A DNA stretch of 64,000 nucleotides. It comes from Syncephalis fuscata S228. Taxonomy: Eukaryota; Fungi; Zoopagomycota. This document shows positions 10,645 to 24,249 of the stretch, in pieces. Location of the stretch: positions 434,001-498,000 of the forward strand of contig JAHLTZ010000017.1 in NCBI GenBank assembly GCA_025786725.1, read 5' to 3'. The notes beneath the pieces were generated by a model that was given only the letters and a program-made list of their open reading frames with translations, did not search any database and had not been told where the DNA came from. A program made the translations under genes and the position numbers. Every line of letters starts with the position of its first letter. Positions within the stretch are counted from its first letter, which is position 1.

Positions 10645-10999
10645 AGCAGCACCAATTACTATTGTATTATTTTCTTTATATCAATAAAGCTGTAAAGCAT
10701 CGTTTCAGCTTTATAATAATGGTTGTATTTAAAGATTATTTTGTAACATTATAGTTTTGTATACAACTTTACTGCATAGTAAGTACCAAGCCTTTACAAA
10801 CATTAAGTAATGATCTTTTAATGTAATGTAATGGTCAAATGGCTATTTTAAATAATATTCATACATTTAAACTACACATTTGTTCTAGTGAACATGGAAC
10901 TGGGCGGTGAGTAATACGAAAGATTAAATTACTCATTGTAATACTCATATCAGCATTGATAAAGTCTTCAGTCTTTATTCAACTAGTTAATAACTAATT

Positions 11000-11197
11000 T
11001 TATTCAGATTCCTTGCCAGAGGTATGCGTGAGTGCACCAATTACAACAGCAGTGTTAGCAACAACATTCGTCGGAACATGGACTGGTACTTGAACAAAAT
11101 TGCCTTGAGGAATTGGTGTTGGTCTGGCAGTAACTATAACCATATGGACAACCAATATACTGGCAAAAGCACAAATAAAAGTAATAGAGCTTTTCAT
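11000..11197 (-). CDS. 65-aa secreted chaplin-like (DUF320) protein
   Basis: ATG at 11197; signal peptide MKSSITFICAFASILVVHMVIVTA, then GNFVQVPVHVPTNVVANTAVVIGAL, matching the chaplin consensus GNxVQVPVHVPVNVCGNTVxVIGLL. Confidence 0.75.
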   Translation of the reverse strand: MKSSITFICAFASILVVHMVIVTARPTPIPQGNFVQVPVHVPTNVVANTAVVIGALTHTSGKESE

Positions 11198-11405
11198 ATT
11201 GATAGTAGTATAGTTGAACCGGAAACTGAAGCGTTTACTGTATATAACGAACAGTGTTTGACAGAACAAAGGTTATTTCGTAACAAATATATAGAAAGAG
11301 TGTCAGTACTCATTATAATCTAATCGAACATCAATAAATATTCTAATCAGCCATCTAAATAACATTTTTCTTTTGACTTTATTAATCTTTTATATAGTCA
11401 CTACA

Positions 11406-12694
11406 ATGAATATCGGCCACTTTGTTTCGCCTTCTGTAAGAAGTTTTGCGTGGCATTTAGCTTCACGGGCCACATTCCTTTCAGTGGGTCTGACCAGCAA
11501 AGCATTTCTTTCATTAGGCGTATATAGCCAACTATATGGTATGGATAGATTGCTACAACTACTTCATGATCCCCAGCGTAAACAGCCTATTATTACAGGC
11601 AAGTAAATGACGCGTCCATATCTATTCTATTTACTTATATCGATGTCTATGTAATAACTTTTGAATTAGTCGCCAATCATGCATCGACGTAGGTAGACCA
11701 TGACTGCCGCCCATACGACGACAATAGTTCTATCGACACGCGACTGACCGCCTAACACAACGACAATGACTACTATTACACTATATTCTCTTTCTTCTTT
11801 CTTTCTTTTATTCTAAACTTGTAGACTCGATGATCCGTTACTCTGGGGATTCTTGCCGGCGCGTACACTTGCTCAACCAAGATCTATTCGATGGTCACTA
11901 GGTGCCAAGGAAGTTTGTCATAAGAACAAGTAGGTCAATATACCAATCAATTTCTTGTCTATAATAACAACTTCTCTAGAATACTTGATCGGTTCTTTGA
12001 AGTTGGAAAAACATTACCAATTGTTCGTGGTGATGGTATTTATCAACCAGCTATGAATTTTGCATTGGATCGATTAAATAATAATGAATGGGCAAGTATT
12101 ACTGTGTATTAACTAGAATAATGAAGATGTCTATTGAAACAATTTAAATCTTACATTATTATTACTATCAATGTTTTCTATACCATTTCTATTGTAATAC
12201 CATAATATAGGTCCATATATTTCCAGAAGCACGGGTCAATCAGTTATCTGAAATGATACGCTTTAAATGGGGTGTAGCTCGACTTATTATGGAGTGTAAA
12301 ACTTTACCAATTGTACTACCATTGTGGCATCAAGGTAATACCAATAAAAGCACTATTACATTTAGTCTAATCTACAATATACCATCTACATATATACATA
12401 TATATAGGTATGGCAAATATTATGCCATTAAACTCAAAAATTCCTTTACCACGTCTAGGTAAACGTCTTGTATTAGCCATTGGTGATCCAATCCAACTTG
12501 ATGATTTATATGTAGCCAGTCGACCACTTGTTACTCGACAATATAATTCAATGCCGAACATGGCAAATAAGACAGGATCTATCTATAATATCTATAGCGA
12601 TGAACCAAAAGCCGTAGTTGATATGCGTATACGTATTATTGATCGGCTATATAGTGCACTTGCATCACTTCAGCAGCAATATAAAATATACTAA
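11406..12694 (+). CDS. TAZ1: Tafazzin (cardiolipin transacylase), 6 exons
   Basis: Spliced product contains [73 protein letters not shown]. Confidence 0.93.
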
Positions 12695-13061
12695 TTACTT
12701 ATTTACAATGTACATGTGTCATAATTAAAATTATAACTATTTGTAAAGGCAACTACAATCACATATTTATATCGACCATTAAAATGTCTATGATAACAGG
12801 CGATAAAGGAGAAGACGATGAACAACAGTAATAATATAAATTGATATTTATCCATAGATTAGTTCGAATAGACCCAAAAATAGATATGAACAATCCAGTA
12901 GAAAGATAAATAAATCCAATTATCCAGTGTTGTCGTTGTATTAGGATTAGCAGTAACAATAACAGTAGTGGTGGTGGTGGTGGAGTGGTAATGGTGGAGG
13001 TGGTAGTATTAAAGATCCAAATACTACAATAGTAAATGGTAGAACGGATGGAAAATACTTA

Positions 13062-15161
13062 TTATTTCTTGCCGAAAATCTTCTTTGTAGACCTGTACAG
13101 TTGTGGATAGACGCATGTGAATATGCGTGCAAGTTCAGAAATGTATATTTGTATTCATTATAGGAACCGCTTTGCACCTCGAACCCTGTATAATACAGAA
13201 GACAGAGAGAAAACAGAGCATAGACCGCGGTTCCATAACAAACAAGTGTGAACACCATAGTATAATCAAAAGTATAGATGCCATTACTGGATCTATTGCA
13301 CAATCCTCCCTTTCCTACTCTACTCTATTCCTTTTTCTTTTACTTGTATATTATTACTATTTCTCTCCTCTCACTACCCTTTACTCTATCATGTCTATTT
13401 CTTTTTATAATTCACTTACCCGTAGAGAAGATTACGCTGACCAAGTAGCGCATCCAGTTCGCGTTCTTCCTCGTTCATCATACGTTTCTGTTCCTCGAGT
13501 TCGGCCATAAGCTGTGTACGGCGTGAAATCAATTGCTCCTCACGTTCCCGTAGTGTAGCTTCCTTCTCACGAACCTTTTGTACAAAGGCACTTCGCATAT
13601 CTTCTTCTTTACGGAACATTTCATCAACCATGCTTTGCTTAGTAGCCTCAATACGTGTCTCATACGCATCATCACAGGCTAGAATCGACTCACGTCGTCC
13701 ACCGGCCCGCAATTGACCTGCACGGTAATTGGCATAATGATGCGTGTGTGTCGTCTCGATAAGATCGGCAAGACACGTATCCATAAGCATACGACGCAAA
13801 TGAATAAAATCGCAATGATTTTCATCATCCACTGATAAAATAGTCTATTAGCTATAGTGTTTGTTATATTCCCGATTACTTACCGGCTACTGTGCCCCAA
13901 CGATAAACACGACCACGCGTCTTTCGACCATTAACCTCGACAAGGCGGTCACTGCCAATAACCGAGAATGGAATATATTGCTACAGATAATGAGTAACCG
14001 TAGTATTATTAATAAATAGATTTATACTTACTTCAAGGTCTTGGATATGCTCCTTTTCATCAGTAAAGGCTGTTGGATACATAGGAATACTATGGCGTTC
14101 AATGTCACTTAAAATCTAATAATGCCATCGATATTAGTACTGTTAATACAATTGCAACCATTACTATTTACCGAACGTTTAAAGAAGGCACGTTCCGTTG
14201 GCGTCAGTGTATCAGCCTTAGCAATGACTGGAATGACATTAACCTTCTTTGACAAAGTCTTTAATACTTCAATATCTAATTCCTTTAATCTGTATTGCGT
14301 CAATTAGCGTATATTTAGTAGATACTCCTTTTTAACCTACTTGTGGCCCGTAGGCGTGACAAAGTAAAGTAGAGCATGGACACGTGTATCCGGAATGGCC
14401 ATACGAAAGTTTGGACTGCGTTCTGCTTTAAGATAAGCATCAAATTGCTCATCAATATACTCTACAATTGGGAATAGACTAGGAAATAGTGATGAGTTAC
14501 ACTAGTGTAATAAATTAAATACGATCTAGTTACTTTGATTCACGATTCAACTGGTCACCAAAGCCGGGCGTATCAATGACCGTAAGATTAAGCGTAACAC
14601 CGCTTTCACTGAGTTCTATTTATTGTGTATAAGTAATCTATGCATTTGACAGTGCATACAATGCCTTACCATAGTATTTTGGATCTATTTGAACGGTTTT
14701 TGTATCTTGCGGAGTTTTTGGCAATATTTCTTCGGTAAGATCGGTGTTGAATAGCGTGTTCATAAATGTCGTCTTGCCTAGACCCGTATCGCCTATAGCA
14801 TAGTAGGAGATTATTATATGCATGTTGGATGTTAGCAATCCGCCGTCGGACTATTAATAATAAATTGCCACTTACCGACTACCATAATATTAAAGACAAA
14901 TGGACGTCTACGTGTACGTTCATATGTTTGTTTTGGCAATGCTTCAATACCAATCTCGTCGGTCAATACTACATCCATAGATTTTGGTACCTTCCATGGT
15001 CCAGGATCTGGAAAGCGGCCACTGCATACAGCATTAATATAAGTGCGACTATGTGCTGAAGTAGCTTACCGATTTTGAAGGGCATATTCCTAGTATATGC
15101 ACCATTAATAGATTAGCTTGTGATAGAGCCATATTGACTATATGCTACTTACAAGAGGCAT
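13062..15161 (-). CDS. Septin GTPase with C-terminal coiled coil (multi-exon)
   Basis: [21 protein letters not shown] (P-loop), [44 protein letters not shown]; ATG at 15161; last exon 13062-13092 inferred (…[12 protein letters not shown]). Confidence 0.92.
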
Positions 15162-15547
15162 GATGAAGTAAAATCTTACTGAAGATACCGATTATTATTA
15201 ACACTCGCAAGTAAATAGTAGTATAGTGCTGTAATAAGCGGAAATAATAGAGTGTCACGCTGGTCAAATCCTAACCGGCAAAAACACTAGGTGATAAACA
15301 GTAGTAACAGCAATTACAGGAGGTAACCGCTGGTAATAAAGACAGGGAGGAGTGTTACGGGCAGTGCGTTGGTCAGTGTCCGTTTAGACGAGGGTTTTAG
15401 AATGAAAGGAGACGCGTGCTTGTGCAAGAGATGATGAAGCCACTTGAAAGAATAAGCAGATAAGCTGGATGGATAGGTGCAGCTCATGGCCATAGCCAAT
15501 CAGCGTGTGCTATTCTCTATCGGAGCTTGTAAGGATGCGTCGTAATT

Positions 15548-15567
15548 TGTGTGTGTGTGTGTGTGTG
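15548..15567. repeat. (GT)n microsatellite
   Basis: tgtgtgtgtgtgtgtgtgtg. Confidence 0.9.
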
Positions 15568-15803
15568 TAATGTACACATGTCACCACATGCATTCAATAA
15601 ATTGAGACTAATCAATCGTGTTCAAGGCAAGTTATAAAATCGTCGATAATTAACAAAATAGATTTGATTGATTAATTAAGAGTACACACATATATACATA
15701 CATATAGACATACATATAAATACATATAAATACATATATATATACACTTATATAATTCAAGGGTGTTACATTGAAGGACAAGTGTAATAATAGCTATTTT
15801 AAT

Positions 15804-16631
15804 CTAGGCACGAACCAACTCTTTGACTTCTCGTTTGGCCTGTTTATCAAATTTGATAAATGTTAGATTGGGTGGCAATTCTTCAACCTTCTCTTCAAAG
15901 AAACGTGCTACTGCATGATTAACACGGGCTGGTTGCGGTAGATGCATATTAGGTGTAGTGGCTATTGCTTGGTCATAAAGTGCTTGGGCCAAGTCACCGC
16001 CATTAACAACATTAGTAAGTGCACGGTTAGGCAAATGAATATGGCATGTCTCCATGGCTTGTACAATGACCTAATAATACATCAATATATAATTATTAAT
16101 TATTAATTAATTACTTTTATTAATATCTTACCTCGTATTTTAAACGTTGAGGTCGAAGTGGCACAGTCTGCCAATCTTGACCCACCTGTTCACTTGATCG
16201 ATGATGAGCAATAATGGCTGTTTTAACCGCTTGATTAATAGATTCAATATCTGTTTCGGACGATGTGGCATGCAATCTACATAGTATCATTTAGTAAATC
16301 TACTCATTATTAATAATGCCGTTACTTACTTTTCCATCCAGCCAGGTACTCTTGGTTCAGTATCTGATGTCCATGCAATATTGTCAATATCTGTAGTTGC
16401 TACATCTTTGGATGCTTGTTCAGTATCCGGTGTTACTGTTGCATTAACCGGTTCGTTTACTGTATCTGGCGGCGATTCTTCTGGTTTCTTCTCCTGATCT
16501 CCACGACGAAACCAACCGAAAATACCATCGCTTTTACTTGATTCATAACGTGTAGCTCCTACCGCCAGTACACGGCCTGGTCTTAATAAGCCGGTGGGCC
16601 GTGACATGGACGATAATAATACGCGATTCAT
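15804..16631 (-). CDS. Mitochondrial ribosomal protein mL50-like (3 exons)
   Basis: Arg/Ser-rich presequence MNRVLLSSMSRP..., then W....L.....KYEVIVQAMETCHIHLPNRALT and terminal LPPNLTF. Confidence 0.65.
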
Positions 16632-16911
16632 AATTGTATATAAACTGAATCTTAATAGCCTACACCAGTACAGCAAGATCCGCCTATCCACACAACTCAA
16701 CCTTTTTCTTCTTATTTGCAATTAAATGAACAAGAAAAGATCGATTAGTATTTGTGTGTGTGTATTTGTCTCGGTGTAAACGTGAATAAAATGTAATGAT
16801 CAAAAATCAAATGTAAATCATAGTACAAAAGTTGTAAATAAAAAAAAATAAAAAAATCACAGCTTACATCTTTTACGTTATTTCTTTTGTCGTTTATATA
16901 AACTTTACAAT

Positions 16912-19177
16912 ATGGTGAGCCAAGAGTTGAAACGGAAGCGCTCTGTAGCTGCTGTAAGTTATAGCTGGATATTAAGAGTTCTATTTATAAAGCTAACTAT
17001 AATGAATAGACGGGGAATTCAGATTATGCTGAATTGATTGAACAAGCACGCCAACTGGCCCAGCGTGTACGAGAAAGCAAGCGTAATCTTAATGATATTC
17101 TACAGTTGATTGAGTTTTGTCAGGTAGATAGATTCTATAGCTATTTCTATTTTACTTATTGTATTTATTGTATTTATAGCATAAATCATCTGAAGTTGTC
17201 CATGCTACCGTACAAACTACCGGCCGTTTATTTGCCGACCTATTAAAGCAGGGTGACTTACCCGTACTAAAAGAAACGGCCCCGGCCGATTCAGCCCAAG
17301 CAACGGTCGCCGACTGGCTTCTTGAACAATATGGACTATACATAGATCGACTTATTGCTTTATTGAACCATCGTCAAGTAGCACTACAGCTTGTATCACT
17401 CGATACACTACTACTGCTTGTACGAGTAGAGTCGGCCTATATGACAAGTCTAGAGGGCAGATATATATTTGCTGTTAAATTGTATGGACGTATTATTTCA
17501 ACTATTTTAAACACAACTTCATTAGATGAAAATTTATTACGAACATTTGAGGATAAATATCATTTGAAATATGATGACTTACGTTATCAAGGATTCTTAT
17601 TAATGACAGATATATTCAAGACTGCTTCAGGTGTACTAAGTGAACATGAAGCAGCTACTGCCAAGGTAATGCTATAAAGTATCCTATATTATATAGCAAC
17701 TATTAACCATTAACCATTATATTAGAAACGCCGTGTTGATGGATCACGGTCCAATCTACAAGTATTAGTTGATAATGGATTTCTTATACTTGAGCGTTTA
17801 CGTGCCTTCCCTTCAGATGATTCACGTATTAATACTTTCTGGACTGATGTTAGCCTTGCCGGTAATAACTATTGAATATTTTTAACTATTTAATCTAACC
17901 AATTGGTTACTATTATTATATATTATTAGAGGCAATGCATAAGGATGATGAAAAACGTCGTCATCAAATATTGCAATTAAAAACTCATCGAAAGGCATTT
18001 GAAGGTTGTTGGCTTGCCTATCTTAAATTGCCACTTACTTTAGAATTATATCGAAAGATTCTATTAATTATGCATAAACGATTAATTCCATTTATGGCAC
18101 AGCCAACTTTATTAATGGATTTCCTTACTGATTCATATAATGCAGGTATGTTACTAATACTATAATATTTATCGTAAAGCTAATTGTTACTATTATTATT
18201 ATTATAGGTGGTGCTATTAGTCTACTTGCTCTTAATGGTCTATTTACTTTAATACATAAACATAAACTGTAAGTTATTGTAGAGTAGCTTTTTACGATAT
18301 CTAATACTTTATTTTATTAGTGAATATCCTGATTTCTACAAGAAACTGTATGCTCTGTTTGATCGCAATCTTATGCATGTCAAGTATCGCGCTCGTTTCT
18401 TCCGTTTGGCCGCCATCTTTCTTGCCTCTACGTAAGTTTGATTCATTATATGATAATATCGTTAATTTACCCTTTATTTACTAGGCATCTTCCTGCTTAT
18501 TTGGCTGCAGCATTTATTAAAAGAATGGCTCGTTTAACGTTATCAGCTCCGCCTTCGGGTATTGCTATCATAATCCCATTTATATACAATCTACTTCGAC
18601 AACATCCATCGTGTATTGTGTTGATTCATCGTATACCTGGTCAAGATGAACAAGAAGGCAAGTATTTAATAGTATTTAATAGTATTTATATATTTATAAT
18701 ACTAACTGATATACTAGTGTCTACCATCAGTGGATTAGATGCTGATCCATATAATTACAATGAAGAAGATCCAGCTAAATGTCAAGCCATTCATAGTTCA
18801 TTATGGGAAATACAAGCAAGTATTTAATTAACCATTGTCCATGCACTTATTTACTAATGACTATCTATTAATATTTACCATTTAGGCATTGGATAATCAT
18901 TATTATGCCAATGTTGGTACATTAAGTCAAATATTCTCTCAACATTTCAACAAACCATCTTATGATTTAGAAGACTTTGTAGATCATACGTATTCAACGG
19001 TAAGTGGCCGTTTTAATAGAATATAAATAGAACGTTTATTTAATAATATAGCTATTTGATGCCGAGACAAATCGACGAATTAAAAAGACACCAGCTGTTG
19101 AGTATTACAACGAACCAAGTCTATTTGAAGATGATGCAGCATTACTACAAGACTGGAATATGAATCTATTCGAATGA
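16912..19177 (+). CDS. NOC4: Nucleolar complex protein 4 (CBF/Mak21 domain), multi-exon
   Basis: LMDFLTDSYNAGGAISLLALNGLF, YPDFYKKLYAL, HLPAYLAAAFIKRMARL, SSLWEI...HYY. Confidence 0.93.
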
Positions 19178-19319
19178 TTATCTTCTAACTATTAATAAAA
19201 TATTAAACAAAAAAGACACTGAAACGTTTAATCGTATTACTGATGACATACTGTTATGTTTATTATTAATATGTTGCTTGGTTGGCTTGCTTATTTGCAA
19301 GTCATCATATCTCCGTTTA

Positions 19320-21808
19320 TTATATGACTTCGCTAATGATGGTAAATGCACGATTATACACATCAAGCATACTTTGACAACGAGATCGTTCCGCAGCAAT
19401 GGCCTCATCTTCTTGCAGTAGCGTGTCAAATATATTTTCACGATACAACGCGGCTACAAGTCGATTCTGAACAGCATCGCGTGTTTGATCGACCAACAAG
19501 TGCATGATCGCTTTGGGTACCAAATCCTGAATGGATTTACGTACAATGTTGAAATACGATGTAATTAACGAGCCTAATAAATAGTATGTAACATGTGTTA
19601 ATATACAAATAGATAGCAAATGAATTTAATAATACTTACGAATAAGCTGGACTTCAGCCTCTTCACGATCTGTTAGTTGTGGTCCATCTTCCGAAATAGT
19701 TAGCGATTTCTATATCAATACGTTAGTCACTGGCATGTATATAATGGCTATGACATACCATTTCTGGCACAACCGATGGATCGTGTACTCTACCAGGCAT
19801 GACCATATCTTTGGCCACCATATCATGGGTAGAGCTTATTACATCGCTTGATCGGCCAGTGGGTCGGTTGCCGAAGAAGTAGTTCAAAAAGTCACCGCCT
19901 TGTTGGGTGCCACCGTGTGACTCAGCCATAGGTGTGGTGTGTGGTGGGTCACGAGTCCGTGTTTGACGGCGATCATCGCGGTCCTCCGAATCACTGCCCA
20001 GATGAGCAGATGCCGCCTCTAAGCTACTAATACCCGCTGGGAGTGTCTGTGCCTGCTATGTTGATTAGTGGTCAATTATAGACATGTCTACTATCGTATT
20101 AATGCCTAGTGGCTTACCCGTTTTGTGGACCGATCATTGCCACGTCGCTTTTTATCGCTACGTCTATCGTTTATTACCATTTGCTGGGTTGCAGAAATAA
20201 AGTCGGGATGATTGGTATTAATATACGCACGTTGAATTGAGATTAGACTTTCAACATATTCTGATGTAGGCGATAGTCGTTCACGTAATAGCGTTGTGAC
20301 CACTTCAATTAGCTTAGCTTGGAATTTGGGATAACGACGCAATTCGGCACGATTACCACATACATGGCAAATCTTGACTAGTTCTTCGTAGGCCAATTCG
20401 ACACAGCGTAAGCTAGGTGGCTCAAGTCGTCGGATTTGCGGCTTTACCAGTAGATCAAAGGCTATTTCTGGTACAAATAGCGAAGGACGTGGACCCGTTG
20501 AATTACGAATGGCTGTACGAATGTCGTGCGAAGTTAAATTGCCGCATGGTAGTAATGAATCCAATGCTGTGCCAAAAATGTTATTGAAAATGTAATAAAT
20601 ACGTGCACCGCCACATAGCTCAGTTGTTGTAATCTCTGAAGAAGTACCTTCAACTGATGAGCTGAAATCATTAGCGAATTTGGTGAGTAATCGTAGTACA
20701 AGTGTGCCTTTATGCTCTTGATCAATAAACTTGATATCGCCATAAGAAAGCAGCTCTTGTTGTGCAGCACTAATCAATGTATTCAATCGTGCTTTGATGT
20801 CCGGTAAACGTTCGCGGATATGCGAAATTAAAATCTGATTAAGCGTTTTGGTCAAATGCTCAGTACCGCATCGCTTTGAAATTGATCGGTAGGCAGGATG
20901 AGAGGCGAAAAAGTCGTGCTCATGACGTAGAGCAGCATCAATTGGCTTATTCGTTGTAATATCCTGTTGACTGCGATTAACAACGCCAATAAAGCCAAGA
21001 CGCAAATGATATACACGACCGGTTAGCATGTCAAGTGCATTTGTACCGGCATCCATTAAATCGACCTTGGTAAGTACACCAATCGTTCGCCGTCCTTCTG
21101 GATCAACTTCTTTGGCCAGTTTCAAACTTTCGGAGTTGACTAAATCGACATTGGCCGGGCTTACCGCAAGAATAACACTGTTTGGCTTGGAAATGAAATC
21201 AAGAACTAATGCACGTGTCTGCTTCTCAATATCTGTTGGCTGGTCACCAACTGGAATTTTTGTCAATCCAGGCAGATCAACAAGTGTCAAATTAACAACA
21301 TCCGATGAGAAGATTTTTAGATGAATTGGTTGACGGCCAATGCCTTTGTTACTGCCGGCTAGACGTGACGTTTCACGCTCAATTTCATCGCGTACATCGG
21401 AGAATCGCGTAAACTTTTGCCCTGGCATGTGTAGAAACTCGGCCCATTCCTCCACGCCTGGATTAGACTTTGTTTCCGTTGGAGTGGCAGTATCGAGCAT
21501 TGCCGGTCCAGGTAGATTGACCAATTGCAGCACTAATGGACGACGTGTAACAATACCACTACCGCGAGGCAGGAAATCACGGCCAACTATATTCTCCAAT
21601 ACTGAAGACTTGCCTGCAGATTGCGATCTACCAGGCGTTGTAGTAATAACAGGCACCATTTAGTACAATATACGTATTGATTCGTATCTTATCCATTATG
21701 TCGCGGTACTTACCCGACAACAACAATCTGAGGCAGATCAATCTGATCGCTACCGATCGTGTTGAACACATCCTGAAGCTTATTCACCACGGGAATCAGA
21801 TCGTCCAT
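19320..21808 (-). CDS. DNM1: Dynamin-related GTPase Dnm1/Drp1 (mitochondrial fission)
   Basis: [87 protein letters not shown]. Confidence 0.95.
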
Positions 21809-22357
21809 AATGGTGGCGAAAGAAAGGTAAGCAGCAGTTGCAAAGAAAAAAGAACGCTATCAACAGAGAAAAAGAGTAGAAATCAATAGACACGGCTATA
21901 GAATTAAAATTAATCAATCCACTCTACACATACAATGATCGATGTATACACACAAGGAACTATTTGTTTACACATATACACACACAGTACACACAAAGCA
22001 CCGATACATCCTTTTGTGCCGATGACACGATAGATTATGCATACTGATACGCGATAATATCTATTATACTATTGGTACAAAAAAGGGCTTATGATGTCAG
22101 GGGCAGTGAGTACGTGTAAGGCTTTATGTGTTTAGTAGAGGCCCATTAAATGGCTATTTACGTCATCCCACTCACTTTACACCCCTACAAGATTTAGTGT
22201 ATTCGCTTTAACTGCTTCATATCAACACTTCACACGCTTCGCTGTCTATTCTCGTTGCTTTCTATTCACCGCTTTACTCTCCACTGCTTGTTTATTCAAG
22301 TTACTGCACATTAACACTACCACTACTCCTATTGCTACTATTGCTACTATTGCTACC

Positions 22358-24004
22358 ATGACTAGTGATACTATCCGTTATCTACGCACACTTGGTGCGA
22401 TACGTGACCGCTGTCAAAAGATTTATACGCAAGCTCAAGCTGGCAAACTTGAACATCTCGAGCTACATGAGGACCGCATCCCATTAGCTGTTGCTCAAGT
22501 TACCGCACTTATTCGTGCCGACTACGCATCACCAAGCAACGTGCCACCTCATAGCCGCTTCCGTAGTTTTGAGGCCGGTGGCATTGACAGAATTGATGCT
22601 TTGCTTAAACGCTGGCCCGATGTTGATGCACTTGAACATGCACGTCGTCTACTTGATCTATGTGTTGTATCAGTGCTGGTTGATGCCGGTGCTGGCGACC
22701 AGTGGCGCTATCTTGAAAAGAGCACTGGCCAACGTATTGGTCGTACCGAAGGTCTTGGACTAGCTGCACTTGACATGTTTGAAGCTGGTGCATTCAGCAG
22801 CGATCCTAATCAGCCATATCAAGCTGATGGTAAGTTTGACATAAACAGCACTATTACTATATCGTCTAATTGTTAATTTATTATACTATTATATTCAGCT
22901 GCTGGATTACAACGTTTAACACAGCAACAACTTGAAGAAGGCTTCCAAGTCACAAATGAAAATCCATTGGTTGGTACTTCAGGTCGTCACCAATTACTAG
23001 TCCGACTAGGAGGTGCATTGGCTTTACATCCAGCCTACTTCACCGGTAATCATAGTGCAGTAAGTGGCTATCTTTTTTATTCGCACTGATGTTTATATAT
23101 ATATATATATATATGTATACATAACAGCCACGACCGGGTAACCTTGTTGGTAAGTAGTTGATAATAATCCACTATAATATACTAACACACTATCAAATTA
23201 TTATACACTAATAGACTATCTATTGGCCCATTCAACCACGCAGCATAACGATGGACACTCTATTGTAGCAGTGAACACGCTATGGGAAGCCATTATGAAT
23301 GGACTACAGGAAGTATGGCCAGCCACGCGTACCCGCCTTGATGGTCAATCCATGGGCGATGTATGGCCATGTGGTGTACTGGCTTCATTGGCAGCAAATA
23401 CATCACCCGATGAACAACTAGTGCCATTCCATAAACTATCACAATGGCTGACTTATTCATTGATGGAGCCAATGCAGAATCTGTGCCATATTAAATTCGA
23501 AGGCCAATCACAAATGACCGGTCTTCCTGAATATCGCAATGGTATGTAGCATGATCCTTTTAAAGTAAATATCATTAATAAGTCTACTATTAGGTGGTCT
23601 ATTGGTCGATCACGGCATTATAACACTTCGTGAGCCAAGTAGGGAGCGTGGTTTTGCTCGTGCCCTTGCGGCAAACCATTGCCTTGATGCCGATGGCAAG
23701 CCTACTGTGCCATATTTCTCGGCCGATGACCCGGCAATTGTTGAATGGCGTGCACTTACTATTTGTCTGCTTGATAAAGTAGCTAATGGTGTACGCGGTG
23801 AACTTGGCCTTTCTGAGGCCGAATTTCCTCTACCTATGGTGTTAGAGGGTGGTACTTGGAAGGTAAACAGCTTTGTATCATTATCACTATTGCTATTATT
23901 AAATTTATTTTGTTTATTAGGCTGGCCGTCGTATTGCTGCTGAGAAACGTCCCCAGACTTGTGGCCCACCCATTGCTATTGAATCAGATGGAACAGTATT
24001 CTAA
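22358..24004 (+). CDS. URC4: DUF1688 / Urc4 (Urg3) uracil catabolism protein, multi-exon
   Basis: VPPHSRFRSF, SVLVDAGAG, GRTEGLG, RPGNL, FHKLSQWLTYSL, TGLPEYRNGGL, IVEWRALT, LEGGTWKAGR, terminal SDGTVF*. Confidence 0.9.
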
Positions 24005-24249
24005 ATTGAATGCTATGGATTGTGTGTATTTGCCAAAGTATTTTGAATAAACATGCACATATTTCAGATGATTTAATTATAAATTTGAATAAATTATATG
24101 ACACTAAGTAAAAATAAAATGGAATTGAAAACTAGCGTTTTTATTGATACTGAATAAAGCTATAAAGTTATAATAAATACGGCTAATAACAAAGCTGATC
24201 GGAGTAATGATGATTAGCAAAATAAATTAAAATTAAAGTGATGTAAATA

